From Chlamydiota bacterium (GTDB lineage: Bacteria; Auribacterota; Tritonobacteria; UBA1439): a stretch of 44,159 bases of DNA. Positions 18,626-28,628 of this stretch are shown piece by piece. How positions within the stretch are numbered: the stretch's first letter is position 1; every line of letters begins with the position of its first letter. Location of the stretch: contig JBAXOY010000008.1 in assembly GCA_037133055.1 (NCBI GenBank), positions 1-44,159 on the forward strand, in the 5' to 3' direction. Both the position numbers and the translations under genes were made by a program. Below the pieces are notes generated by a model, which did no database searches, was not told the DNA's origin, and was given only the letters and a program-made list of their open reading frames with translations.

Positions 18626-18841
18626 GTGATAGAGCGGAAGAAAGACCTGATCAAGTGCCCCGGCGGGTCCTACCTTATCGAGAGGGAGATCTGCGGGGCG
18701 AGGAAGGCGGACGGGTTCGCCCACTGCGCCCGCTGCCCGGAGAACACCGACCAGCTCGAGATGTTCGAGACCCCCCTCCAGGTGGCCGCGAGGAAGAAGC
18801 GGGGCAGAAGGCGGCGCCACGTCAGGCGCGGCGGGATCTGA
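18626..18841 (+). CDS. Small Cys-rich basic hypothetical protein (putative zinc binder)
   Basis: 71 aa from a GTG preceded by AGGA, with C-x11-C-x10-CxxC, QLEMF and an Arg/Lys-rich tail. It fills the gap between divergent mdcA and the convergent radical SAM gene with host-like codon usage. Confidence 0.6.
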   Translation: MIERKKDLIKCPGGSYLIEREICGARKADGFAHCARCPENTDQLEMFETPLQVAARKKRGRRRRHVRRGGI

Positions 18842-18899
18842 AATCCCCCCCGGCGCACATTCCACGCGGAGAACTCGTTGCCTATTGCGTCCGGCAAGG

Positions 18900-20513
18900 T
18901 CAGCTCAGGCGCATGAACGCCCGGTGCCGGTACTTCAAGCGCAGGGACACCAGCCTGAGGATCGCGAAGAGCCACACGTAGTTCGACGGCCTGAAGTAGA
19001 GGTCGATGAACCGCACGACGCGGCAGATCAGGTGCAGCGTCCGCAGGCGCCCGAAGAACATTTCCCTCCGCTCCATCCGCCTGATGAGCGCGTTCGGGAA
19101 GATCTTGAACTGCGCGAGGGAGAAGAGCAGGTAGTAGTACTCGTGCAACCTGAGGGAGCCGCTGTACTCCCTTCTCTTGTCGAACGACGTGATCCAGTCG
19201 CTCCCCGACGTGGTGACGTTCCCCTCGAGGTCGTCCTCGGTGATGAATCCCTTTTCGAGATACACTTTGGTCAGGAGGTAGTTCGGGAAGAACGAGAGGT
19301 TGAACGCCTGGAAGATGAAGTTCTTCGGCAGGTCGAGGATCAGGTCAAGGCTCTCCCGCAGGTCCTCCTTCTTCTCCATGACGTTGTTCTTCACGTAGTC
19401 ATAGTAGATCCTGAACACGGTGTGCAGGCTCTTCACCGACCGCAGGGCGTCGAGCCTGCGGGCTGCCGTGATCACCTGCGCGTTCGTCTCGCGCCGGTTG
19501 TACAGATGCCTCCGTATTGCATAGCTCCCACTCTGAATCCCCATCACCGTGACGCTCCATCCGGCCTTCCTGAGGGCGACGAGCGTTTCCTGCTCCACGA
19601 ACAAAGGGTGCGAATAGGCGAAGAACGGGATGCGCACCCGCTTGGAATACTGCTCGGCGAACTCAAGGCACCATTCCTTGTTGACCTGGAAGATGTTGTC
19701 CCAGAAAAAGATCATCTTCAGCCCTGGGTTGTTCCGCTTCGCCTCCTCAAGCTCCCTGATCACGTGCTCGACGCTCCGCCGCCTGAACCGCTCGTGGGTC
19801 AGCGCATTCACGCAGAACGAACAGTTCATCAGGCAGCCGAACGACGTCATCGTCTGGTGGATGGTCTTACGCGGATTGTCCGTGAACCCGTACCCGAAGT
19901 AGTCGATGTTCCTGTCCGGCTGCAGCCGCCCGTCGTCGATGTAGGTCTTGTCCTCGGCGTCGCAGCTCGCGACCGGGAGGACGTTGAGGTCGGCGATGAG
20001 CTGCCGCGACTCGTTTCTCGTGATGCTCCCTCCCTCGTTCACCCAGATGTTGGGGATGTCCCGGTACGGCTTCCCGGCCGCAATCCGCGCCGAGAGCTCC
20101 TGAAGCGGCTCGAACCCCTCCCCGACGCAGAGGATGTCCGTTTCCAAAATGCAGCGCTCGGGATCGATCGTCGGGTGCGCGCCGCCCCAGATTATCGGCA
20201 CGGCAAGCTCTTTCTTGATCGCCTGCGTGATGCGCTGCGCGACCGGGAAGTGCGAGGACTGGACCCCGATGCCGATCAGCGAGGGGCCGAGCCTCTTCAG
20301 CTCGGCGAGAAGGGTGTCGATATCCTCCTGAGTGGCCTCGGTGTGGTAGTCGTACATCTCCATGAAGTCGTTCTTCAGGGTCCGGGTCGCCTTGTGCCGC
20401 ATCCGCTTGAACCCGATGAAGGAGACGGGTATGCCGTGCGCCTTCAGGTAGGAGAAAAGGCTCCTCAGGGCGAAGTTCTCGTAGTGAAACAGGGCGATCA
20501 ATACCACTCTCAT
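18900..20513 (-). CDS. B12-binding domain radical SAM protein
   Basis: N-terminal cobalamin-binding region (IIWGGAHPT, VGEG), GCLMNCSFC (CxxxCxxC), RRSVEHVI.EL and MGIQSGS. Confidence 0.92.
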   Translation of the reverse strand: MRVVLIALFHYENFALRSLFSYLKAHGIPVSFIGFKRMRHKATRTLKNDFMEMYDYHTEATQEDIDTLLAELKRLGPSLIGIGVQSSHFPVAQRITQAIKKELAVPIIWGGAHPTIDPERCILETDILCVGEGFEPLQELSARIAAGKPYRDIPNIWVNEGGSITRNESRQLIADLNVLPVASCDAEDKTYIDDGRLQPDRNIDYFGYGFTDNPRKTIHQTMTSFGCLMNCSFCVNALTHERFRRRSVEHVIRELEEAKRNNPGLKMIFFWDNIFQVNKEWCLEFAEQYSKRVRIPFFAYSHPLFVEQETLVALRKAGWSVTVMGIQSGSYAIRRHLYNRRETNAQVITAARRLDALRSVKSLHTVFRIYYDYVKNNVMEKKEDLRESLDLILDLPKNFIFQAFNLSFFPNYLLTKVYLEKGFITEDDLEGNVTTSGSDWITSFDKRREYSGSLRLHEYYYLLFSLAQFKIFPNALIRRMERREMFFGRLRTLHLICRVVRFIDLYFRPSNYVWLFAILRLVSLRLKYRHRAFMRLS

Positions 20514-20686
20514 ATTCTTCGGACATGCCCCCGGGCATAAAAAAGCCGTGAGTCGAACTCCCGTTCACGGCTCATACACACCTCATCGATGTATACCGAA
20601 TACATCATCCCCTCGGGCAGAACATGCCTCCCGCCAGGTTCACAGTATAGCATCCCCGTCCGCCGGACGCCAGTTTTCGAGGATTC

Positions 20687-21502
20687 TCAGGAAGGATCCC
20701 GTATCGCCACGATCATCCGCGCCGCGTCCCGCAAGGGGCCGGGCTCGTGCGTGCGGATGTAGCCCGCGCCGTGGAGCCAGGCCCAGATCTCCGTCGCGAG
20801 CGTCCCCGCCCCCCGTTCCCCGACCGGCCGGTTCAGCACCGCCCCGATGAACGACTTCCGGGACGTGGAGACGCACAGGGGGCATCCGAAACGCCGGAGC
20901 GACTCTAATTCCCGGAGCACCATCAGGCTCGGACCGGGGGTGCCGCCCAGGAAGAAACCCATCCCGGGGTCGATGATGATGCGGTCATGGGCGATACCGG
21001 CGGACTCGAGCGACGCGAGCCGCTCCGAAAAATAAGCCTCTATCTCCGCCATGACGGTCTCTTCGCTTCGCGAGGCCCTCTCCGCACGGGGGCCCCGGTT
21101 CCGGGCGAACATCACCACGACCGGCACCCCGGCCCCGCGCACCGCTTCAACGGCCTCCGCGTCCCTGAGGCCCGTCACGTCGTTGATCATATCCGCGCCG
21201 AGTGCAAGCGCGCGCCGCATCACCACGGGTTTGCGCGTGTCGACGGAGACCCGTACCCGCTCCTTCTTCAGTCCCAGGATGACGGGCTCGATGCGCGCAA
21301 GCTCCTCCGCGGCGTCCACGCGCGCGCCGTCGGGGTTGCTCGACTCCCCCCCCACCTCGACGATGTCCGCGCCCTCCGCGGCGAGCCCGAGCCCCTTTTG
21401 GACCGCCGCGCGCGGGTCGAGGTACCGCCCGCCGTCGGAGAAGGAATCCGCGGTGACATTGAGGATGCCGATGATCGCCGGCGCGCGCGGTTCACTTTTC
21501 AT
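20687..21502 (-). CDS. folP: Dihydropteroate synthase, Sul-like (FolP*) variant
   Basis: GILNVT.DSFSDGG, SVDT, INDV, DPGMGFFLG, SRKSFIG and IRTHEP motifs. Confidence 0.95.
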   Translation of the reverse strand: MKSEPRAPAIIGILNVTADSFSDGGRYLDPRAAVQKGLGLAAEGADIVEVGGESSNPDGARVDAAEELARIEPVILGLKKERVRVSVDTRKPVVMRRALALGADMINDVTGLRDAEAVEAVRGAGVPVVVMFARNRGPRAERASRSEETVMAEIEAYFSERLASLESAGIAHDRIIIDPGMGFFLGGTPGPSLMVLRELESLRRFGCPLCVSTSRKSFIGAVLNRPVGERGAGTLATEIWAWLHGAGYIRTHEPGPLRDAARMIVAIRDPS

Positions 21503-21619
21503 GGTGCCATCCCCCGACGGTGCGTCTCCGCAACAACGCCCCGCCCAGATATCTGATCTCCGTTATTTGTTCAGATAGTATACTATTTCTCCGCCAACGA
21601 GATTTTTTAAAAATATATC

Positions 21620-21677
21620 TTGCAAACAAAATCAGGAGTTGGTACATTCACTACAATAACTATTATATTAGTAGTGA
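21620..21677 (+). promoter_or_regulatory. Sigma70-type promoter and probable Rrf2 operator for the sulfur operon
   Basis: TTGCAA (21620-25), 17 bp, TACATT (21643-48), then the AT-rich inverted repeat TCACTAC-N16-GTAGTGA (21648-77), overlapped by ACTA-ttatat-TAGT. Confidence 0.65.
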
Positions 21678-21691
21678 TTGATGGGGTAAAC

Positions 21692-23456
<1,765 letters not shown>

Positions 23457-23494
23457 ACTGCGGCGTCACGACAGCCGCGAGAAAGGGATATACC

Positions 23495-24418
23495 ATGGGC
23501 AGGATATTCGACGATATCACGAAGACGGTGGGCAGGACGCCGCTGGTGAGGATCAACCGGATCTCGAAAGGGACGGGCGCGGTGGTGCTGGCGAAACTCG
23601 AATCGTTCAACCCGCTCGGGAGCGTGAAGGACCGGATCGGCGTCGCCATGATCGATGCCGCGGAGAAGCAGGGGCTCATCCGGAAGGGCTCGGTCATCGT
23701 CGAGCCGACGAGCGGCAACACGGGGATCGCCCTGGCCTTCGTCTGCGCGGCGCGGGGCTACCGTCTCATCCTCACCATGCCCGACACGATGAGCGTCGAG
23801 CGCCGGCAGCTCCTGAAGATACTGGGCGCGGAGGTGGTGCTGACGGAGGGGGCAAAGGGGATGAAGGGGGCGGTGGCGAAGGCGGAGGAGATCCACACCG
23901 CCACGCCGGGCAGCTTCATGCCGCAGCAGTTCGAAAACCCCGCCAACCCCGAGATACACCGGCGGACCACCGCCGAGGAGATCTGGGCGGACACGGACGG
24001 CGGCGTGGACATCTTCGTCGCGGCGACCGGAACGGGGGGGACCATCACGGGGGTGGGAGGAGTGCTGAAGGCGCGGAAGCCGGGGGTGAAGGTGATCGCG
24101 CTCGAGCCCGCGGACTCGCCCGTGCTGTCGGGGGGCGCGCCCGGCCCGCACAAGATACAGGGCTGGGGGCCGGGGTTCGTGCCCGGCGTGCTCGACCGCG
24201 CCGTGATCGACGAGATAGTGCGCGTCGGCCACGTCGATGCGGGGGCGATGGCCCGCAGGCTCGCCCTCGAGGAGGGGATCCTGACCGGAATCTCTGGCGG
24301 CGGGGCGATGTGGGGGGCGATCGAGGTTGCGAAACGGCCGGAATCGGCCGGGAAGACGATCGTCACGGTCCTCCCCGACACGGGGGAGCGCTACCTCTCC
24401 ACCTGGCTTTTCCAGTGA
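23495..24418 (+). CDS. cysK: Cysteine synthase A
   Basis: [52 protein letters not shown] and [10 protein letters not shown] motifs. Confidence 0.97.
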   Translation: MGRIFDDITKTVGRTPLVRINRISKGTGAVVLAKLESFNPLGSVKDRIGVAMIDAAEKQGLIRKGSVIVEPTSGNTGIALAFVCAARGYRLILTMPDTMSVERRQLLKILGAEVVLTEGAKGMKGAVAKAEEIHTATPGSFMPQQFENPANPEIHRRTTAEEIWADTDGGVDIFVAATGTGGTITGVGGVLKARKPGVKVIALEPADSPVLSGGAPGPHKIQGWGPGFVPGVLDRAVIDEIVRVGHVDAGAMARRLALEEGILTGISGGGAMWGAIEVAKRPESAGKTIVTVLPDTGERYLSTWLFQ

Positions 24419-24473
24419 GGGAGATGCACAGGGGCCCGAGCGGATGCCGGAGGTCCGCGCGAGGGAGACAGCC

Positions 24474-24737
24474 ATGAAAGACGCCACAGTCACCGTCAAC
24501 AATCCCCACGGCCTGCACATGAGGGTCGCAGCCGAGGTCGTCAGGAGGTGCAGGGGGTTCCAATCCGCGATCACGCTCTGCAAGGACTGCAAGCGGGCGG
24601 ACGGCTGCTCGATCATCCAGCTCGTCATGCTGGGGGCGGCAAAGGGCTCCGAGCTGAAGATCATCGCCGCGGGGGGGGACGAGTCCGCCGCCGTACGGGA
24701 GCTCTCGTCCTTCTTCAGCGAGGGCGGAGGCATCTAG
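24474..24737 (+). CDS. HPr family phosphocarrier-like protein with C-terminal GGGI tail
   Basis: VNNPHGLHMR (His15 site), DGCSII.L.MLGA.KG (Ser46 site) and A.G.DE..AV motifs. GGAG precedes ATG24474. Confidence 0.88.
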   Translation: MKDATVTVNNPHGLHMRVAAEVVRRCRGFQSAITLCKDCKRADGCSIIQLVMLGAAKGSELKIIAAGGDESAAVRELSSFFSEGGGI

Positions 24738-24741
24738 GCGT

Positions 24742-24936
24742 ATGACAACAAAAGAATCGCTGCGCGCCCACGGCACTCCCGATCCGGCGCTCCGCATCGT
24801 CGGCAACGCGGTGCAAAGCCTTCAGTTCGGGACCGTGACGATCAAGGTCCACGACACCAGGATCGTGCAGATCGAGGTGACGGAAAAGATACGTTTCGGC
24901 GAAAGACGGGACTACGAGAAGGGAGGTGGCATCTAA
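24742..24936 (+). CDS. YezD-like small protein (DUF2292) with C-terminal GGGI tail
   Basis: SLQFGTVTIKVHDTRIVQIEVTEKIRF matches the DUF2292 pattern (L.FG.V.I.VH...V.QIE..EK.R). Sulfur operon context. Confidence 0.85.
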   Translation: MTTKESLRAHGTPDPALRIVGNAVQSLQFGTVTIKVHDTRIVQIEVTEKIRFGERRDYEKGGGI

Positions 24937-24960
24937 CCTAAAAGACCGCAACGCCCAGAC

Positions 24961-25029
24961 CGTGCACCGGACAACCGGGCACGAGATTCACGCGCACACC
25001 CATCGCCGATGCGACCGGTCAACCGGAGG
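24961..25029 (+). promoter_or_regulatory. Pair of related CCGG-N4-CCGG hairpins between yezD and the DUF3034-like gene
   Basis: CGTGC-A-CCGG-acaa-CCGG-GCACG (24961-83) and GACCGG-tcaa-CCGGAGG (25013-29). Confidence 0.45.
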
Positions 25030-25056
25030 ATCTGGCAAAACGTGAGGGTCATTCCG

Positions 25057-26076
25057 ATGAAAATGATCGCATCAATTATCGCCGTCGCGCTGGTCTTCTC
25101 GACCGCAGGCGCGCCGGCGCAGACCGACGCGAAAGCCGAAGCCGTTGTCGCGCCGTCCGGCGACACGGCTGCAGGTACCGCGGAATACCCGCCCGCGCAG
25201 GGCGCCGAAGAGACCCTGTCCAAGCCCCAGAAGGCCCCGCCGCTCCCGTTCCACACGATCGAGGGATACGGCGGAGGCTCGATCACGCCAATGGCATACC
25301 TCGTGAACCCGGGTGCGGAGGGGACGATCTTCGGCCTCCCGGCCGCCGCATACTCGCAGGTGTTCTTGCCCAACGGGGGGAAGGACCTCGATGCGTGGAC
25401 GTTCACGGAGACGCTGTTCAGGAGACTCGAGCTCGGATACGGTTTCAACCGCCTGGGCCTCGGGACCTTGCCGCACGACATCGCCGAGGCCACGGACATC
25501 GGCATCCGGCGCAACCATGTCCTCCTGCACAACTTCAACGCGCGGGCGCTCCTCCTGGAGGAGAACTCGTTCAAACTCCCCCTCCCGGCGCTCACCTTCG
25601 GGACGCACTTCAAGTACAACGACGGCATCCAGGCCATCGATCACCGGCTCGGAGGGGCGCTCAAATCCATCGGCCTCGACAAGTCGAACGGCGTGGATTA
25701 CACCCTGACTGCCACCAAGACGTTCATGATCCCGAAGATCAATCGGCCGCTCATCGTCACCGCGGGCATGCGCGGGAGCCAGGCGGCGCAGGTGGGGCTC
25801 CTCGGCTTCTCCGATAAATTCACCCCCTCGTTCGAGGGGAACGTCGCGTTCCTCCCGACCGACTGGCTGTTGCTCGCCTACGAGATCCGACAGAAGAAAA
25901 GCCCCTACGGTCAGATCCCCGGGCTGATCGGCGAGGAGGATTCGTGGAACGCGATCGACGCAAGCTGGATCATCAACAGCCACATGACGCTGGTCGCCGG
26001 ATGGGGGTCATTCGGGAACGTGACGAACACGAGGGAAAACGGGGCCTGGTGGCTCCAGTTCAAATACGAGATATGA
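25057..26076 (+). CDS. DUF3034-like exported protein, probable outer-membrane beta-barrel
   Basis: Signal peptide, IEGYGGGSITPMAYL motif, alternating amphipathic strands, YEIRQK and an aromatic C-terminal strand (WWLQFKYEI). Confidence 0.7.
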   Translation: MKMIASIIAVALVFSTAGAPAQTDAKAEAVVAPSGDTAAGTAEYPPAQGAEETLSKPQKAPPLPFHTIEGYGGGSITPMAYLVNPGAEGTIFGLPAAAYSQVFLPNGGKDLDAWTFTETLFRRLELGYGFNRLGLGTLPHDIAEATDIGIRRNHVLLHNFNARALLLEENSFKLPLPALTFGTHFKYNDGIQAIDHRLGGALKSIGLDKSNGVDYTLTATKTFMIPKINRPLIVTAGMRGSQAAQVGLLGFSDKFTPSFEGNVAFLPTDWLLLAYEIRQKKSPYGQIPGLIGEEDSWNAIDASWIINSHMTLVAGWGSFGNVTNTRENGAWWLQFKYEI

Positions 26077-26118
26077 GACGGACAGGCGCAGCCCCCGGGA
26101 TCGGGCGCGCCAAATACA

Positions 26119-26150
26119 AAGCCCCGCCTCCCTTGCGGGAGACGGGGCTT
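26119..26150. terminator. GC-rich hairpin between convergent genes, likely a bidirectional terminator
   Basis: AAGCCCCG-c-CTCCC-ttgc-GGGAG-a-CGGGGCTT. Confidence 0.7.
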
Positions 26151-26171
26151 GCACTTTACCAACGCGGGCGT

Positions 26172-26384
26172 CTACGCAGTCTGAGTCGAACGCCGCACAT
26201 TGATTGCCTGCTGGCCCTTGCGACCGGGGGCGACATCGAACTCCACCGCCTCGCCGTCCTCGAGGGTCTTGAACCCCTCCATAAGGATCGAGCTGTGATG
26301 GACGAAAAGATCCTCACCGCTCTCGGGTGTGATGAAACCGAAGCCCTTCCGCTCGTCGAACCACTTCACTGTGCCTCTTGCCAT
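26172..26384 (-). CDS. cspA: Cold-shock protein
   Basis: GTVKWF, KGFGFI (RNP1), DLFVHHS (RNP2) and GFKTL motifs. AGGAG upstream. Confidence 0.95.
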   Translation of the reverse strand: MARGTVKWFDERKGFGFITPESGEDLFVHHSSILMEGFKTLEDGEAVEFDVAPGRKGQQAINVRRSTQTA

Positions 26385-26661
26385 TGTACCTGAACTCCTT
26401 CATCTAACACGGGGGAGGCGCCGGTTTCCTGCGGTGCGCCTTGTAGAGCGGCGCGCCGCAACCTCCCTGATGATCAGAATTGCCCCGGGTATGAAAAAAC
26501 CGCGAGTCGAGTAGCAGGCTCACGGTTCATAGATTACTCAACCTATTATACCCAAGCGTTACTCTGATCTCGTTGAGTATAACAGGTCCCCGCCGGCTGT
26601 CAATATTAATTTGCGTAATTGTCGGAATTGTGCAAGGGGACAGTCTCGGGGGGTATTTTTA

Positions 26662-26700
26662 CCCCCCACCCTTTCCCTCCCCCTCAAGGGGGGAGGGGAA
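26662..26700. repeat. REP-like palindromic element
   Basis: CCCCCCACCCTTTCCCTCCCCCTCAAGGGGGGAGGGGAA resembles the widespread CCCTCACCC...CCCTCTCCC-N-GGGAGAGGG extragenic palindrome. One copy in this window. Confidence 0.55.
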
Positions 26701-26924
26701 ATGTGGCGGGAACCCACCATAATTGACCCCGTATCGGATGGGTGCCCTCGGGCGGTCCCCGGCTTTCGCCGGCACCCTCGCAGCATTATCCCGTCCGCCA
26801 CCCCGCCATACCCCTGTGCTATACTGGGAGCCTGTCCGAGTAATGGGCGACGGCGCGATCCCTGGAACATCCTGATCTGCACGGTGATTCGCGAAACGGT
26901 CCCGCGCCGCAAAGGTGAATTGCC

Positions 26925-28628
26925 GTGAACCGCATCGTGGAGTATCTCGTCCGCACCGACGGCAGCCGCGGCATCGACTGCCTCGTCCTCCTCGTCCTAT
27001 TCGCGCCCGCCCTGTTTCTCCACCTGGGGAGGAGCCCGCTCCTCGTCCCGGACGAGGCGCGGTACGCCGAGATTCCGAGGGAGATGCTGGAGAGCGGCGA
27101 TTTCATCACTCCCCGCCTCAACTACGTCGTGTATTTTGACAAGCCCGCCCTCTACTACTGGCTGAACGCCCTCTCCTTCACCGTGTTCGGAGAAACCGAG
27201 TTCGCCGCCCGTCTCTTCAGCGCGCTGGCCGGCCTCGGGACCATCCTTCTCACGTGGCGGCTGGGCCGGGCGCTCTACGGGCGGAGGGTCGCCCTTTTCT
27301 CAGCCCTCATCCTGGGCACCTCCGTGGGGTTCGTCGTCCAGGCGCGGTTGAATACCATCGACATGACCCTCACCTTCCTCATGACGGCCACGCTCTGCGC
27401 CTTCGTTGCCGCCGCGCGCCGCGGGGGGGAAGGGAAGGCGGGCTACTACTACCCCGCCTACGCCTGCACGGCGCTGATGGTGCTCGCGAAGGGCCTCATC
27501 GGGATCATCCTGCCGGGGGCCATCATGCTTGTCTGCGTGGCGCTGTACGGGCGCTGGCGCCTCATCCCCCGGCTACGCCCTTTGCGGGGGCTTCTGCTGA
27601 TCCTGGTCATATGCTCCCCATGGTTTATCCTGGTATCGGTGCGGAATCCAGGGTTTGTCAGGTATTCCTTCGTGCACGAGCAGTTTCAGCGCTTCCTGAG
27701 CACCCACCACCAGCACACCGAGCCGTTCTGGTATTTCATCCCGATCCTCGCCGGGCTGATGTTCCCCTGGTCATGGTTTTTACCCGTCTCGCTCCTCCGG
27801 AGCGCGCGGAGGATCGGGCGCGGCGATGGGGGGCCGGACCTTTTTCTCTTCGTATGGGCGACGGTGATCTTTGTCTTTTTCTCCTCGTCCGGATCGAAGC
27901 TCGCGTCCTACATACTGCCCATGTTCCCCGCGGCCGCGCTCCTCACGGGCCGCATGCTCTCCTCCGCGATGGACGACGGGATCTCCTCGCTGCGAAGGCA
28001 GGCCCTGTGCCTTGCCGCGCTCCTGTACGCCGGCGCGTTGGGAATCCTCATCTATCCCCTCGTCGCGCGCCACCCGGACCTCTGCGTGGGCGGGTGCGCG
28101 ACTATCGGGATCGCCCTCGCCTGCGGCGGGATGTTCGCCGCGCGCGCCATCCGCAGGGCCGACATCGCGCGGTACTTCCTGGGGCTCGTAGTGGCCTCGT
28201 ACGCGTGGTGTGTGGCAGGCCCGCCGTTCGTCCTCGAGCAGTGGGAACAGAGGAAATCCCTCAAGGAGCTCGCGAGGGTCGTGAATGTCGAGGCGCAGCC
28301 CGGGGATATGGTCCTGAGCTTCGGCTTCTATGCCCAGGATATACCCTTCTATACGCGGCGGCGGGTCGCGTCCGTGGACGTGCCCAGGGAGCTCGAGTAT
28401 GGGAGCGCACAGGGGGACCAGTCCGGGTGGTTCATGGACTACGGTCAGTTCTACGCGCTGTGGGATTCGCGGGGCCCGCTTTTCGTGATTATCCATGAGG
28501 ACGACATGCCGACCCTCGCCGCCCATGCGCGGACCCCTGCGCGGGTCATCGGGAAGAAGGGGCACATCCTGCTCATCACAAACCGCCCCGCGCATCTGCG
28601 GAGCGGCGCTAAGCCCGCACCCGGTTGA
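26925..28628 (+). CDS. arnT: Glycosyltransferase family 39/83, ArnT-like lipid-carrier-dependent transferase
   Basis: PDEARYAEI.REM..SGD.ITP.LN, YFDKP.LYYW, AKG, PWF, HEQFQRF, EPFWYF, FPWS and SKL.SYILP motifs with many TM helices. Confidence 0.85.
   Translation: MNRIVEYLVRTDGSRGIDCLVLLVLFAPALFLHLGRSPLLVPDEARYAEIPREMLESGDFITPRLNYVVYFDKPALYYWLNALSFTVFGETEFAARLFSALAGLGTILLTWRLGRALYGRRVALFSALILGTSVGFVVQARLNTIDMTLTFLMTATLCAFVAAARRGGEGKAGYYYPAYACTALMVLAKGLIGIILPGAIMLVCVALYGRWRLIPRLRPLRGLLLILVICSPWFILVSVRNPGFVRYSFVHEQFQRFLSTHHQHTEPFWYFIPILAGLMFPWSWFLPVSLLRSARRIGRGDGGPDLFLFVWATVIFVFFSSSGSKLASYILPMFPAAALLTGRMLSSAMDDGISSLRRQALCLAALLYAGALGILIYPLVARHPDLCVGGCATIGIALACGGMFAARAIRRADIARYFLGLVVASYAWCVAGPPFVLEQWEQRKSLKELARVVNVEAQPGDMVLSFGFYAQDIPFYTRRRVASVDVPRELEYGSAQGDQSGWFMDYGQFYALWDSRGPLFVIIHEDDMPTLAAHARTPARVIGKKGHILLITNRPAHLRSGAKPAPG

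Noticed and set aside
18826..18841. RRGGI C-terminus as a fourth CysK-binding tail
   Set aside because: The tail is strongly basic, lacks the aromatic/acidic residues of known CysK ligands and lies outside the sulfur operon, so it is probably coincidence.
20687..21502. Sul-like gene as part of an integron or resistance island
   Set aside because: No integrase, attC, qacE or IS lies nearby, and its GC content matches the surrounding genes.
26060..26076. C-terminal YEI of the DUF3034-like protein as a CysK-binding tail
   Set aside because: The protein has a signal peptide, and the end looks like a beta-barrel terminal strand that would not meet cytoplasmic CysK.
26400..26640. Structured cold-shock 5' UTR or riboswitch upstream of csp
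   Set aside because: Plausible by analogy, but no recognisable conserved motif could be identified by eye. An Rfam scan is needed.
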